50,034 nucleotides of DNA, taken from assembly GCA_016180755.1 (NCBI GenBank), contig JACPAO010000072.1:1-50034 (forward strand), in the 5' to 3' direction. The notes beneath the pieces were generated by a model. That model was given only the letters and a program-made list of their open reading frames with translations. It did not search any database and was not told the origin of the DNA. A program made the position numbers and the translations under genes. Position 1 is the stretch's first letter. Each line of letters begins with the position of its first letter. Source of the stretch: Methanobacteriota archaeon (GTDB lineage Archaea; Thermoplasmatota; E2; JACPAO01). Shown here piece by piece: positions 41,609 to 49,802 of the stretch.

Positions 41609-41633
41609 CCGTAAGGGCCCAAAGGCCTTACGG
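41609..41633. promoter_or_regulatory. Stem-loop (8 bp, a bulge, then 2 bp) in a divergent intergenic region
   Basis: ccgtaagg (41609-41616) pairs with ccttacgg (41626-41633). An inner cc/gg pair encloses the loop caaa. The structure lies 9 nt upstream of the ATG of the 40464-41600 gene. Confidence 0.35.
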
Positions 41634-41696
41634 GTCAATCGACGCTCGAACAAGCCGCGAAAGGCTTACGACGGGGAGCCGTCATGGGCGCGAAGC

Positions 41697-42488
41697 TTGC
41701 CGAGTTTCCGGATCGTGCTCGTGGAGCCCAAGTACGAGGGCAACGTGGGAAGCGTCGCCCGCGTCATGATGAACTTCGGGCAGAGCGAGCTCGTCCTCGT
41801 CAACCCGCCCCCGCTCAAGAACGAGGCGCAGGCGCGCGCCATGCACGCCTGGGGTATCGTGGAGAACGCGTTGCGCGTCGAAACGGTCGCCGCGGCCATC
41901 GAAGGCTGCGACTACGTCGTCGGGACGTCCGCGCGCATCCCGGGCCCCGAGAAGACGTACCTGCGGAACCCCATCGACGCCCGCGACTTCCCACCGCGCA
42001 TCGCCCCGATGAACGGCCGCGTCGCGCTCCTCTTCGGGCGCGAGGACTTCGGGCTCTTCAACGAGGAGCTCGAGCTGTGCGACCTCCTTCTCACGATCCC
42101 CACGAGCGACGCCTACCGCAGTCTCAACCTCGCGCAGGCGATTGGCGTCGTCCTCTACGAGATCTACGTGCAGCTGGCCGAGAAGCCCGTGCGCGAGCTC
42201 ACGCCGATGAGCGAGGAGATGCGGCGGCATTTCCAAGGAATGTTCGACCGCCTCATCGAGGCGATGCGGATGCCCGAGCACCAGGAGCGGAACGCGAAGA
42301 CCGCCTACCGCAAGCTCTTCGGCCGCGCCGTGCCGAGCGCGTGGGAGTACTTCGTCCTCATGGGGATCCTGCGAAGGACCCTCGTCGAGCTCGGCGTGAA
42401 ACTCCCCGAGGGACGAAAGGTGCCGGAGTTCGACGTGCCGCCCGACGTCTCGAAGGAGTTCCTCGCGATGCTCGACCCGCCGCGCTGA
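41697..42488 (+). CDS. SpoU/TrmJ-class RNA 2'-O-methyltransferase
   Basis: 'FRIVLVEPKYEGNVGSVARVMMNFG', 'LLFGREDFGL' and 'SLNLAQAIGVVLYEI' are the SPOUT motifs. The start codon is TTG. Confidence 0.8.
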   Translation: MPSFRIVLVEPKYEGNVGSVARVMMNFGQSELVLVNPPPLKNEAQARAMHAWGIVENALRVETVAAAIEGCDYVVGTSARIPGPEKTYLRNPIDARDFPPRIAPMNGRVALLFGREDFGLFNEELELCDLLLTIPTSDAYRSLNLAQAIGVVLYEIYVQLAEKPVRELTPMSEEMRRHFQGMFDRLIEAMRMPEHQERNAKTAYRKLFGRAVPSAWEYFVLMGILRRTLVELGVKLPEGRKVPEFDVPPDVSKEFLAMLDPPR

Positions 42489-42490
42489 GC

Positions 42491-42949
42491 TCAGAGTTCC
42501 TGCTCGAGCTGGAAGTCCGTGAGGATTCCGGCGATGACCTCGGCCGGGTAGAACGCGGCCGCGTCGCGCATGACCTCGAGGCGCGCCGCCATCGACTGCG
42601 CCCCGTACGCGCGCTTGCGCACCTCGTGCACGTGGGCCTTGAGTTCCTGGTTCCGGAACCAGAGGGAGCCGCAGTTCCTGCAGCCTGCGCCCGCGACGTC
42701 GTTGATCCGCAGGTCCCCGAGCGTGCTCGCGCAGCCCGGGCATTCCCCTTGGGCTGTGCCGCGGATGAGGCCCCGGATCTTGCTACTCGCCGCGGGCCCG
42801 ACCATGCCGCGCACGTCTCCCTCGTCGAGGAAGATCCCGTGGTCCTGCGGGCACGTGTCGATGACGATGTTCATCTTGGTGCGGTCGGGACGCAACTCGC
42901 CACGACAATCGGGGCAAAGAAGCCGGGGAGGCCGGGCCGGCATACGCAC
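42491..42949 (-). CDS. Double zinc-ribbon protein (two TFIIB-type zf domains)
   Basis: The first ribbon is 'CPDCRGEL...IDTCPQDHGIFLDEGDV'. The second is 'CPGCASTL...CRNCGSLWFRNQELK'. Confidence 0.6.
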   Translation of the reverse strand: MRMPARPPRLLCPDCRGELRPDRTKMNIVIDTCPQDHGIFLDEGDVRGMVGPAASSKIRGLIRGTAQGECPGCASTLGDLRINDVAGAGCRNCGSLWFRNQELKAHVHEVRKRAYGAQSMAARLEVMRDAAAFYPAEVIAGILTDFQLEQEL

Positions 42950-43013
42950 GACTTATTCGGCCCCGGACTCATATAGGTTCCCTGAAAGGAAATCGGGCGG
43001 ACCGAGCGCCGTC

Positions 43014-44036
43014 CTACGCCGTCGCCGCGACGGCGCGCCGTGGAATCCGCAGGCGGAAGTCGCATTCGACGCGGCCGACCACGCGCCCCGCGACGTTCTG
43101 CAGCGGTTCCCCCCAGTGCCGTCGAAGCGAATTCTTCTCCGGGGCCGAGATCGCGCCCAGCTCCTCGAGCACGCGCACGAGCGCGGGGCCCACGGCGCGC
43201 GAACCGCCGTCCTCGACCTTGAGGCAGACGCCCAGTCCGCGGCCGACGAGGGCGGCCCCGTAGCAGGCCTCGGCACCGGCTTTCACGACGATGCGGCCCG
43301 CGAGCCTTCGCATGAGGTCGGTATCGAGGCGGTCCGTGCCGGCGACCATCTCCGGGTGCGCGAGCATGGCGTCGCGGATCCGTCGCAGCGCGACGCCGCG
43401 CCGGCCTTGGATCGTCTCGGGGTTCGCGAGGCGCGCGAACGCGCGCGCGCCCGCCTTGAGGGGCACGCCGAACGAGGAGACGCCGCAGCCGTCCAGGCCG
43501 ATCGGGATCCGGTCCGGCGCGAGGCCGCACTCCTTCGCGACGACCTTGAGGATGGCCTGCTGGACGGGGCCTTCGGCCGCGAGGTACGAGCGCGGGTCCC
43601 AACCCATGTGGACGGCGAGCGCGAGCATCCCGCTGTGCTTTCCCGAACAGTTGTGGTGGAGCGACGTGAAGCCGTTCCCGACCCGTTCCGCGGACTCCTT
43701 GTGGTAGGGTGCGTGCCGTCCGCACTGGAGCGAATCTTCGCCCAGGCCGATCTTCGCGAGGATGCCGCGGACGGTCTCAATGTGGTCGGGCTCGCCTCCG
43801 TGGCTTCCCGCGATGATCGCGAGCTCCTTCGGCGTGAAGGCGAAACGGTCCGCGGCGCCCGACTCGACGAGCGGCACGAGCTGCATCGGCTTCGCGCTCG
43901 ACCGCAGGAACGTGACGAGTCGAGGGTCACCGAACGAGCCCGCCAGGCGGCCCCGCGCGTCCGCGACGGCGACGCTCACGCGGTGGACGCTCTCGACGGT
44001 CTCGCCCCGGACGAACCGAACCGCCACCGGGTCCAT
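43014..44036 (-). CDS. Asparaginase II family protein
   Basis: From the ATG at 44036 the protein reads 'MDPVAVRFVRGETVESVHRVSVAVADARGRL...FLRSSAKPMQLVPLVESGA...AGSHGGEPDH...CSGKHSGMLA', which is a typical Asparaginase_II family sequence. Confidence 0.8.
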   Translation of the reverse strand: MDPVAVRFVRGETVESVHRVSVAVADARGRLAGSFGDPRLVTFLRSSAKPMQLVPLVESGAADRFAFTPKELAIIAGSHGGEPDHIETVRGILAKIGLGEDSLQCGRHAPYHKESAERVGNGFTSLHHNCSGKHSGMLALAVHMGWDPRSYLAAEGPVQQAILKVVAKECGLAPDRIPIGLDGCGVSSFGVPLKAGARAFARLANPETIQGRRGVALRRIRDAMLAHPEMVAGTDRLDTDLMRRLAGRIVVKAGAEACYGAALVGRGLGVCLKVEDGGSRAVGPALVRVLEELGAISAPEKNSLRRHWGEPLQNVAGRVVGRVECDFRLRIPRRAVAATA

Positions 44037-44108
44037 GCGGCGTCGCCCAGAGAAGGGCGGCTGATTAAGCCTTCGACCCAACTCGAAAACCGCTAAAGGC
44101 CCCTGGGC

Positions 44109-45266
44109 ATGGAACCCGGCATGGAGGGTACGGCCGGGTCGATAACCAGGAGCCCCGCCGCCATCTTCCTGCGCTTCCTCCTCCTCGGGTTCCAGAGCTG
44201 GGGCGACTCCTCGTCGCGCCTCGCCGTCCTCTACCGCGAGCTCGTCGAGAAGGAGGGCTGGATGAGCAACCTCGCCTTCGCCCGCGCCTACGCCGTCTAC
44301 CACGCCCTCCCCGGCCCCGAGGCCATCGAGATGGCCGTCCACCTAGGCTACCGGCGCAGCGGCCGGCTCGGAGGCCTCCTCGCCGGCATCGGGTTCAGCC
44401 TCCCCGGGCTCCTCTTCGCGCTCGCGCTCGCCGCCCTGTACCTCCGCTTCGGCCGCGATGCTTGGGGCCTCCAAGGGGCCCTGTACGCGATCAAGCCCGT
44501 CGTCATCGCCCTCATCGCCCAGGCCATCATCAAGATCGGCCGCGTGAGCCTCCACAACGACGTCCTCATCCACCTTGCTCTCGCCTCGTTCCTCGCGTCG
44601 CTCCTCCTGCCGATCAACATCGTCGTGATCATCTTCGTGCTCGCGGCCGGCTACTTCGTGGCGCAGCGCAACCCTGGCTCGAGCGGCCTGCCGGCCCTCG
44701 CCCTCACGCCGCTCCTTCTTAAAGGGCTCGGGCTCCCGGTCCTCGTCCTCCTTCCCCTCTTCTTCTTCGAGGCCGGGATGCTCACCTTCGGCGGCTCCTA
44801 CACCGTCCTCCCCTTCATCCAGCGCGGGATCGACGACTTCGGCTGGTTCAGCCACGAGACCTTCCTCGACGCCGTCGCCCTCTGCACGCTTGTCCCCGGG
44901 CCCATGGTCCTCGTCGGCGCGTTCCTCGGCTACCTCCTCGAGGGCCTCCCCGGCGGACTCCTCGCGGCCGCCGCCGTGCTCGCTCCCGCCTTCGCGTTCA
45001 CCCTGATCGCGCCGAAACCCATCATCCGCCTCGCCGAGAGCCCGCGCGTCAGAGACTTCTTCGACGGCGTCACGGCCGCCGTCGTCGGGCTCGTCGCGGT
45101 CACGCTCCTGCGGCTCGTCGAGGGCGCCATCGTCGACGTCGCCACCCTCGCCCTCGCGGTCGTCTCCTTCCTCGCCCTCACGGTCCGCCGCGTGAACGCC
45201 TTCGTCGTGGTCGCGGTCTCCGCCGCGCTCGGCGTCCTGTTCGAGGCCGCCGACCTCCTCCCCTAA
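44109..45266 (+). CDS. chrA: Chromate transporter (CHR family), two-domain form
   Basis: 'FLRFLLLGFQSWGD...LYRELVEKEGWMS...ALPGPEAIEMAVHLGYRRSGRLGG'. The second CHR half contains 'FFEAGMLTFGGSYTVLPFIQ'. Confidence 0.8.
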   Translation: MEPGMEGTAGSITRSPAAIFLRFLLLGFQSWGDSSSRLAVLYRELVEKEGWMSNLAFARAYAVYHALPGPEAIEMAVHLGYRRSGRLGGLLAGIGFSLPGLLFALALAALYLRFGRDAWGLQGALYAIKPVVIALIAQAIIKIGRVSLHNDVLIHLALASFLASLLLPINIVVIIFVLAAGYFVAQRNPGSSGLPALALTPLLLKGLGLPVLVLLPLFFFEAGMLTFGGSYTVLPFIQRGIDDFGWFSHETFLDAVALCTLVPGPMVLVGAFLGYLLEGLPGGLLAAAAVLAPAFAFTLIAPKPIIRLAESPRVRDFFDGVTAAVVGLVAVTLLRLVEGAIVDVATLALAVVSFLALTVRRVNAFVVVAVSAALGVLFEAADLLP

Positions 45267-45297
45267 CCTCAAGAGGCGATCCCGGGTTCCGCCCGCC

Positions 45298-46380
45298 GTG
45301 GCGCCCGGAAATGGCACGACCCCGGGCTCGGTGTTCCTCCGTTTCCTCCGACTCGGCGTCCAAGCGTGGGGCGGACCCGTCGCGCAGATCGGCATGATGC
45401 ACCGCGAGCTCGTCGAACGCGAACGCTGGGTCGACGAGACGACGTTTCGACGCGTCCTCGCCGTCTACCAGGCCATCCCCGGCCCGGAGGCGAACGAGCT
45501 CGCCGTCTACTTCGGCTACCGCCGGGGCGGCCGCCTCGCGGGGCTCCTCGCCGGGCTCGGGTTCATGCTCCCCGGGTTCCTCCTTTGCCTCGCGGCCGCC
45601 GCCGCGTACGTCACCTTCGGCGCGGACCGGGCGGGCGTCGCCGGCCTACTCTACGCCGTGAAGCCGGTCGTCATCGCACTCATCGCGAACGCCCTCGCCC
45701 GCCTAGGCAAGAACGCCTGGACGAACGACTTCCTCGCCCATGTCGGAATCGCCGCGGGCCTTCTCGCCGGCCTCGCCGGCCTCAACTTCGTCCTCACCAT
45801 CCTCGGGCTGGGGACGCTCTATTTCCTTGCGAGGCGGAGGGGAAGCGCGTCGCTCGCGTGGACCCCGCTGCCGCTTCTTGGAATCTCGTTGCCCGCGCTC
45901 CCGATGCTGGCGGCCCTCTTCGTCGTCTTCCTCGAGGTCGGCCTCCTCACGTTCGGAGGCGCGTACACCGCGATCCCCCTCATCGAGGAGACCGTCGTTA
46001 GGCACTACGGCTGGATCACCCACACGGAGTTCCTCGACGCCCTCGCGCTCTCGAGCCTCCTGCCGGCGCCGCTCGTCATCGTCGGGACGTTCGTCGGCTT
46101 CGTCGCAGGCGGCCTCAAGGGCGCGCTCCTTGCGACGCTCGGCATCTACCTGCCCATGTTCGCGTTCACGCTGCTCTTCCACGAACGGCTCACGCGCCTC
46201 GTCGAGGACCCGAGGACGCACGACTTCTTCGACGGCGTCACCGCGCCCGACGCGACCACCGTCGCCCTCGGCGTCGCCGCGTTCGCCGCCCTTCGCCTCT
46301 TGCGTGCGAACGTCGCGTTCGTCGTCCTCGTCGCCGGCCTCCTCGGCGTGGCGCTCGAGCTCGTCGGCCGCGTCCCCTAG
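45298..46380 (+). CDS. chrA: Chromate transporter (CHR family), tandem paralog
   Basis: 'FLRFLRLGVQAWGGPVAQIGMMHRELVERERWV...AIPGPEANELAVYFGYRRGGRLAG'. It is about 20 aa shorter than copy 1 after 'FFDGVTA'. Confidence 0.8.
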   Translation: MAPGNGTTPGSVFLRFLRLGVQAWGGPVAQIGMMHRELVERERWVDETTFRRVLAVYQAIPGPEANELAVYFGYRRGGRLAGLLAGLGFMLPGFLLCLAAAAAYVTFGADRAGVAGLLYAVKPVVIALIANALARLGKNAWTNDFLAHVGIAAGLLAGLAGLNFVLTILGLGTLYFLARRRGSASLAWTPLPLLGISLPALPMLAALFVVFLEVGLLTFGGAYTAIPLIEETVVRHYGWITHTEFLDALALSSLLPAPLVIVGTFVGFVAGGLKGALLATLGIYLPMFAFTLLFHERLTRLVEDPRTHDFFDGVTAPDATTVALGVAAFAALRLLRANVAFVVLVAGLLGVALELVGRVP

Positions 46381-47666
46381 GTGCGCGGCGCGTTCTCGAC
46401 GGTGAAGTTGCCCACGAGCCGGAAGTGCACCTTCACCGGGTTCGGGCTCGCGTTCTCCCACATGAGGGACACGCCGTCGGTGCGCGTCTCGTTGTGGGAC
46501 CAGTGGCCCGAGTAGGATTTCCACTCGCCCTTCACGGGGTAGACGACCTCGCTCCCGAAGTGGAGGTGGATGTTGAAGGAGACCGCGCTGCCCGAGTCGA
46601 CGACCTCCCACGAGTACGCGAAGCCTTCCCCGAGCTTCATCTTGAGGTCAATCTCGCTAAACGGGTTGCGCGTCGCCGTCGCGCCCTTCCCGGCGATCAC
46701 CGTCGTCTGCTCGAAGATGCCTGCGGCCTCGCCGTACGCGACGCGCGTCGTGAGCTGGTAGGGGATCTCGACCGGCGTCTCGCCCACCACGACGAACCGC
46801 CACGCGCCCTCCTTGAGCGACTCGGCGAGCTTGAACTGGAGGCGCTGCGTGCCCGGCGTGCGCGTCCCCTGGACGTCCTGTCCCTCGGGGTTCTTCACCT
46901 CGAGCCGGAGCGCCGTGTTCTGCGTGTCCCAACGCAGGTCCGCCCACAGCTCGAACCCCATCGGCGGGACGTCGAGCGTGACGGTCTCCCGCGCCGGCGC
47001 GACAACGGTCCCGCCGATCGTGCCCGTCGTGTTGGCGTACCGGAAGAACGTGGCCGTCCCGTGCACGGCGTGGTCGTCGCCGCCCGTGTCGGTCTGGGCG
47101 CCGGTCCCGGCGGGCGGCACGAACGAGTTCGCGGCCGCGGCGCCGAGGATCGAGGCGAGGAGGATGGTGCCGAAGGACCCGATGGCCAAGAGCTGGATCC
47201 GCCGTGTCTCCGGGAAAAGCGTCTTCGGCGCGTCGTCGGCGATGGAGAGGACGTGCGTCCGGAACGTGAGGAAGACCGCGAGGCCGACGCCGAGGACGAG
47301 GAAGAGGTGCTTCACGAAGAGGAGCTGCACCCACGTGTTCGTGCCGAGCTCGTCGATGCGCGGGTGGTCCGACTGGTAGAGCCGCATGAGTCCGCCCATC
47401 CCGTTGAACGCGATGCCGAGGAGGTTGAGGCCGTGGGCGATGGGAAGGACCTTGAGGCTCGGGGCGTGGCTCGCCTTCTTGGCGGCGTCGAGGAGCCGCG
47501 CCTGGTAGACGTAGAGGATGATGCCGGCCGTGAAGAGGAGCGCGCCGGTCGTGTGGAGGAAGCTCGCGAGTACGACACCCGGGTCCGAGTCGATGAACTT
47601 CTGCGCGAGGTTGGCGTCGGGGTCCGAGGCGCCGCCGTGATGCATCGGGAGGAATGGGCCCAGCAT
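46377..47666 (-). CDS. Membrane protein (4-5 TM) with a large extracytoplasmic beta-rich domain
   Basis: The N-terminus is hydrophobic. The C-terminal domain begins 'DDHAVHGTATFF' and ends 'VKVHFRLVGNFTVENAPRT'. It loosely resembles the secreted modules at 20591 and 24868. Confidence 0.65.
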   Translation of the reverse strand: MLGPFLPMHHGGASDPDANLAQKFIDSDPGVVLASFLHTTGALLFTAGIILYVYQARLLDAAKKASHAPSLKVLPIAHGLNLLGIAFNGMGGLMRLYQSDHPRIDELGTNTWVQLLFVKHLFLVLGVGLAVFLTFRTHVLSIADDAPKTLFPETRRIQLLAIGSFGTILLASILGAAAANSFVPPAGTGAQTDTGGDDHAVHGTATFFRYANTTGTIGGTVVAPARETVTLDVPPMGFELWADLRWDTQNTALRLEVKNPEGQDVQGTRTPGTQRLQFKLAESLKEGAWRFVVVGETPVEIPYQLTTRVAYGEAAGIFEQTTVIAGKGATATRNPFSEIDLKMKLGEGFAYSWEVVDSGSAVSFNIHLHFGSEVVYPVKGEWKSYSGHWSHNETRTDGVSLMWENASPNPVKVHFRLVGNFTVENAPRT

Positions 47667-47713
47667 CGCTCGCCGATGTGCGGGGGCGGTTCAAATAGTT
47701 TGGCGGTTCGGGG

Positions 47714-48877
47714 TCAGAAGAGCGAGGCGACGCCCGTCGTTCCGAGCCCGAGTAGCGTGATGCGCGTGACCGTGCCGAGCATCACGGCCGGCCAGACGTG
47801 CATCCGCGGCATGCCGATGAAACGCCCGATGAGGACGGCCGGGATGATGCCGGTGCCGGCGATGGGAAGGAACACGAAGGTCGCGACCCCCACGAACTGG
47901 GCCTTGAGCATCCAAGGGCGCTTCTGCATGAAGGCGAGCCCGCGGGCCTGGGCGCGGGCGAGCTTCGTGCCGAGCCACGGAAGCGCGTACAGGTAGTCGA
48001 GGTTCAGGATCATGAAGAGCGACAGCCAGAAGTCGAGGTACGTCACGACGAGCACCACCTGCCACCAGTGGAGGTGAAAGACGCTCACGCAGACCGGCAC
48101 CGCCAGTTCGATCCCGAAGGGGAAGAAGTACCCCGCGATGCACGACAGCGTCCCCGTGTAGAGCTCGGGCCAAAGGAGCGGGTAGACGACGAAGAACGCC
48201 GCGACCGGTGCGAGCGGCCCGAAGACGCGAAGGAGCCCCCAGTAGACGGCCCAGCGCGTCGGCTGCTCCGCCCCGGCCCCGACGAGCCGCAGGCGGAACA
48301 GGCGGTCCATCGTGTCCGAGGTCCGGAAGGCTGCGAGTAGGAACTGAAAGAGGGGGAGCCGCTCCTTGACGGGAAGCCGCGCCTCGTGCTCGAAGATCCG
48401 CACGAGCGCGACGGACACGAACCCGACGGGGACGCCGAGCGCGGCGCCGACCAAGACGTCGTAGGGTTGGTGGGCGCCCACGTACACGCGCGAGACAGCC
48501 GTCAAGGCGGCGAACGCGACGCCGAGGATGCGCGGCCATCGCCCCAGGCCCCAAAGCGCGACGGTGGCCGCGGAGGCGCGTAGCGCGTGGCCGCTCGGCA
48601 TCGCGTAGGAGTCGCCCGCGAAGAGGAGCATGCGCACGTCGTCGGGCCGCGGCCGCTCGATGGCGGCCTTGAGGCCTTCGCTCACGATCTCCGCGAGGGC
48701 AAGCGCGACCCAGAACGCCGCGGCCTCCCATTTCCGCCCCTTGGACCAAAGGAGGAGCCCGAGGAACGCCATGGGCACGATGTACCCGATGATGCTCACG
48801 AGGACCAGGAATGGGTCGAGGGCCGGGTTCGCGAGGTCCCGGTTGATGAACCGTAGGAGTTCCGCTTCGAGGCCCAC
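47714..48877 (-). CDS. PAP2 (type 2 phosphatidic acid phosphatase) domain fused to a polytopic membrane domain (possibly small-multidrug-export-like)
   Basis: The PAP2 motifs are 'KAAIERPRP', 'PSGHALRA' and 'SRVYVGAHQPYDVLVGA'. The C-terminal half contains 'IAGYFFPFGIELAVPV'. Confidence 0.75.
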   Translation of the reverse strand: MGLEAELLRFINRDLANPALDPFLVLVSIIGYIVPMAFLGLLLWSKGRKWEAAAFWVALALAEIVSEGLKAAIERPRPDDVRMLLFAGDSYAMPSGHALRASAATVALWGLGRWPRILGVAFAALTAVSRVYVGAHQPYDVLVGAALGVPVGFVSVALVRIFEHEARLPVKERLPLFQFLLAAFRTSDTMDRLFRLRLVGAGAEQPTRWAVYWGLLRVFGPLAPVAAFFVVYPLLWPELYTGTLSCIAGYFFPFGIELAVPVCVSVFHLHWWQVVLVVTYLDFWLSLFMILNLDYLYALPWLGTKLARAQARGLAFMQKRPWMLKAQFVGVATFVFLPIAGTGIIPAVLIGRFIGMPRMHVWPAVMLGTVTRITLLGLGTTGVASLF

Positions 48878-48886
48878 GTGATCCTC

Positions 48887-49801
48887 CTACCCGACGGCCC
48901 GGAACTTCGCGCCGTACCGCCACGCGCCGTCCTGCGCGTAGAGGCGCCGGAAGACCGGCTCCATGGCGGCGCCGACCTTGAGCGTCTTGAGGTCGCTGTC
49001 CACGAGCATCCCGGCGATCCGGATGCCGTGCTCGTAATCGACGACGGCGACGCCGTACTCCCCCCACACGTCCTGCCAGGGGTCGAACTCGCTTGGGCCG
49101 GCGCCCGCGGCGACGACGGTCCACGTGTGGAGTCTCCCGGGCTTCCAGAGCGATTCCGGCCGAGTGTGGCCGCCGCACGTCGGGCACGGGTTGAGCGGGG
49201 GATGGTGGCCCTTCTTGCAGCGGTCGCACACGCTTGCGAGCAGGCGGTACCGCGCCTCGAGCGACGCGTCCCACGTGGCGCGTGGCACGTTCGCCCCCAT
49301 CGGGACGGTGACGAGCGCTTTGGCCTCGGCGCGCACGAGTTTCTGGAAGAGGTCAGGCGTCAACGCGACCGCACCGATCAAGCGGCCCGTCTCGAAGGGC
49401 CGCCCCGGCGCGCCGACGAAACCGTCGTCCACGTCGAGGCGCGCCGTCGCCTCGGTCGGCCCCGCCGCGGCCGCATCCCCGACCCTTGCGCCCGCCGACG
49501 ACAACGCGAGCTGCACCCCCGTCACGGCGGAGGGTGCGGCTGGGGCGGTCCGCACGTCGAGCGTCGCGTGCCGCAGCCCAAGGGCGACCTGCGCGACGGG
49601 CCCCCACTCGGACGCCCGGTCCCCGACCGCGACGACGGCCGTCACCCGCTCGGGACCCACGTGGGCCATCGCCAACGCGTCGCGCCCCGCTTCGACCGCG
49701 AGCGTGGCCGCGTCCTCGTCGAGGTTGCACGTGGGCGTGAAGGCGTCGCCCGCCCGGCGCGCGAGGGTCGCAGACGTCGTGCACTGGGCGACCGTCCTCA
49801 T
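48887..49801 (-). CDS. DUF35 (Zn-ribbon plus OB-fold) protein fused to a degenerate HMG-CoA-synthase/thiolase-like N-terminal half
   Basis: The ATG at 49801 is preceded by GGGGTG. The N-terminal 'NLDEDAATLAVEAGRDALAMAHVGPERVTAVVAVGDR' resembles archaeal HMGCS, but the active-site Cys position reads 'TAPAAPS'. The C-terminus has 'CDRCKKGHHPPLNPCPTCGG' followed by the OB-fold 'TWTVV...GVAVVDYEHGIRIAGMLV'. Confidence 0.7.
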   Translation of the reverse strand: MRTVAQCTTSATLARRAGDAFTPTCNLDEDAATLAVEAGRDALAMAHVGPERVTAVVAVGDRASEWGPVAQVALGLRHATLDVRTAPAAPSAVTGVQLALSSAGARVGDAAAAGPTEATARLDVDDGFVGAPGRPFETGRLIGAVALTPDLFQKLVRAEAKALVTVPMGANVPRATWDASLEARYRLLASVCDRCKKGHHPPLNPCPTCGGHTRPESLWKPGRLHTWTVVAAGAGPSEFDPWQDVWGEYGVAVVDYEHGIRIAGMLVDSDLKTLKVGAAMEPVFRRLYAQDGAWRYGAKFRAVG

Positions 49802-49802
49802 C

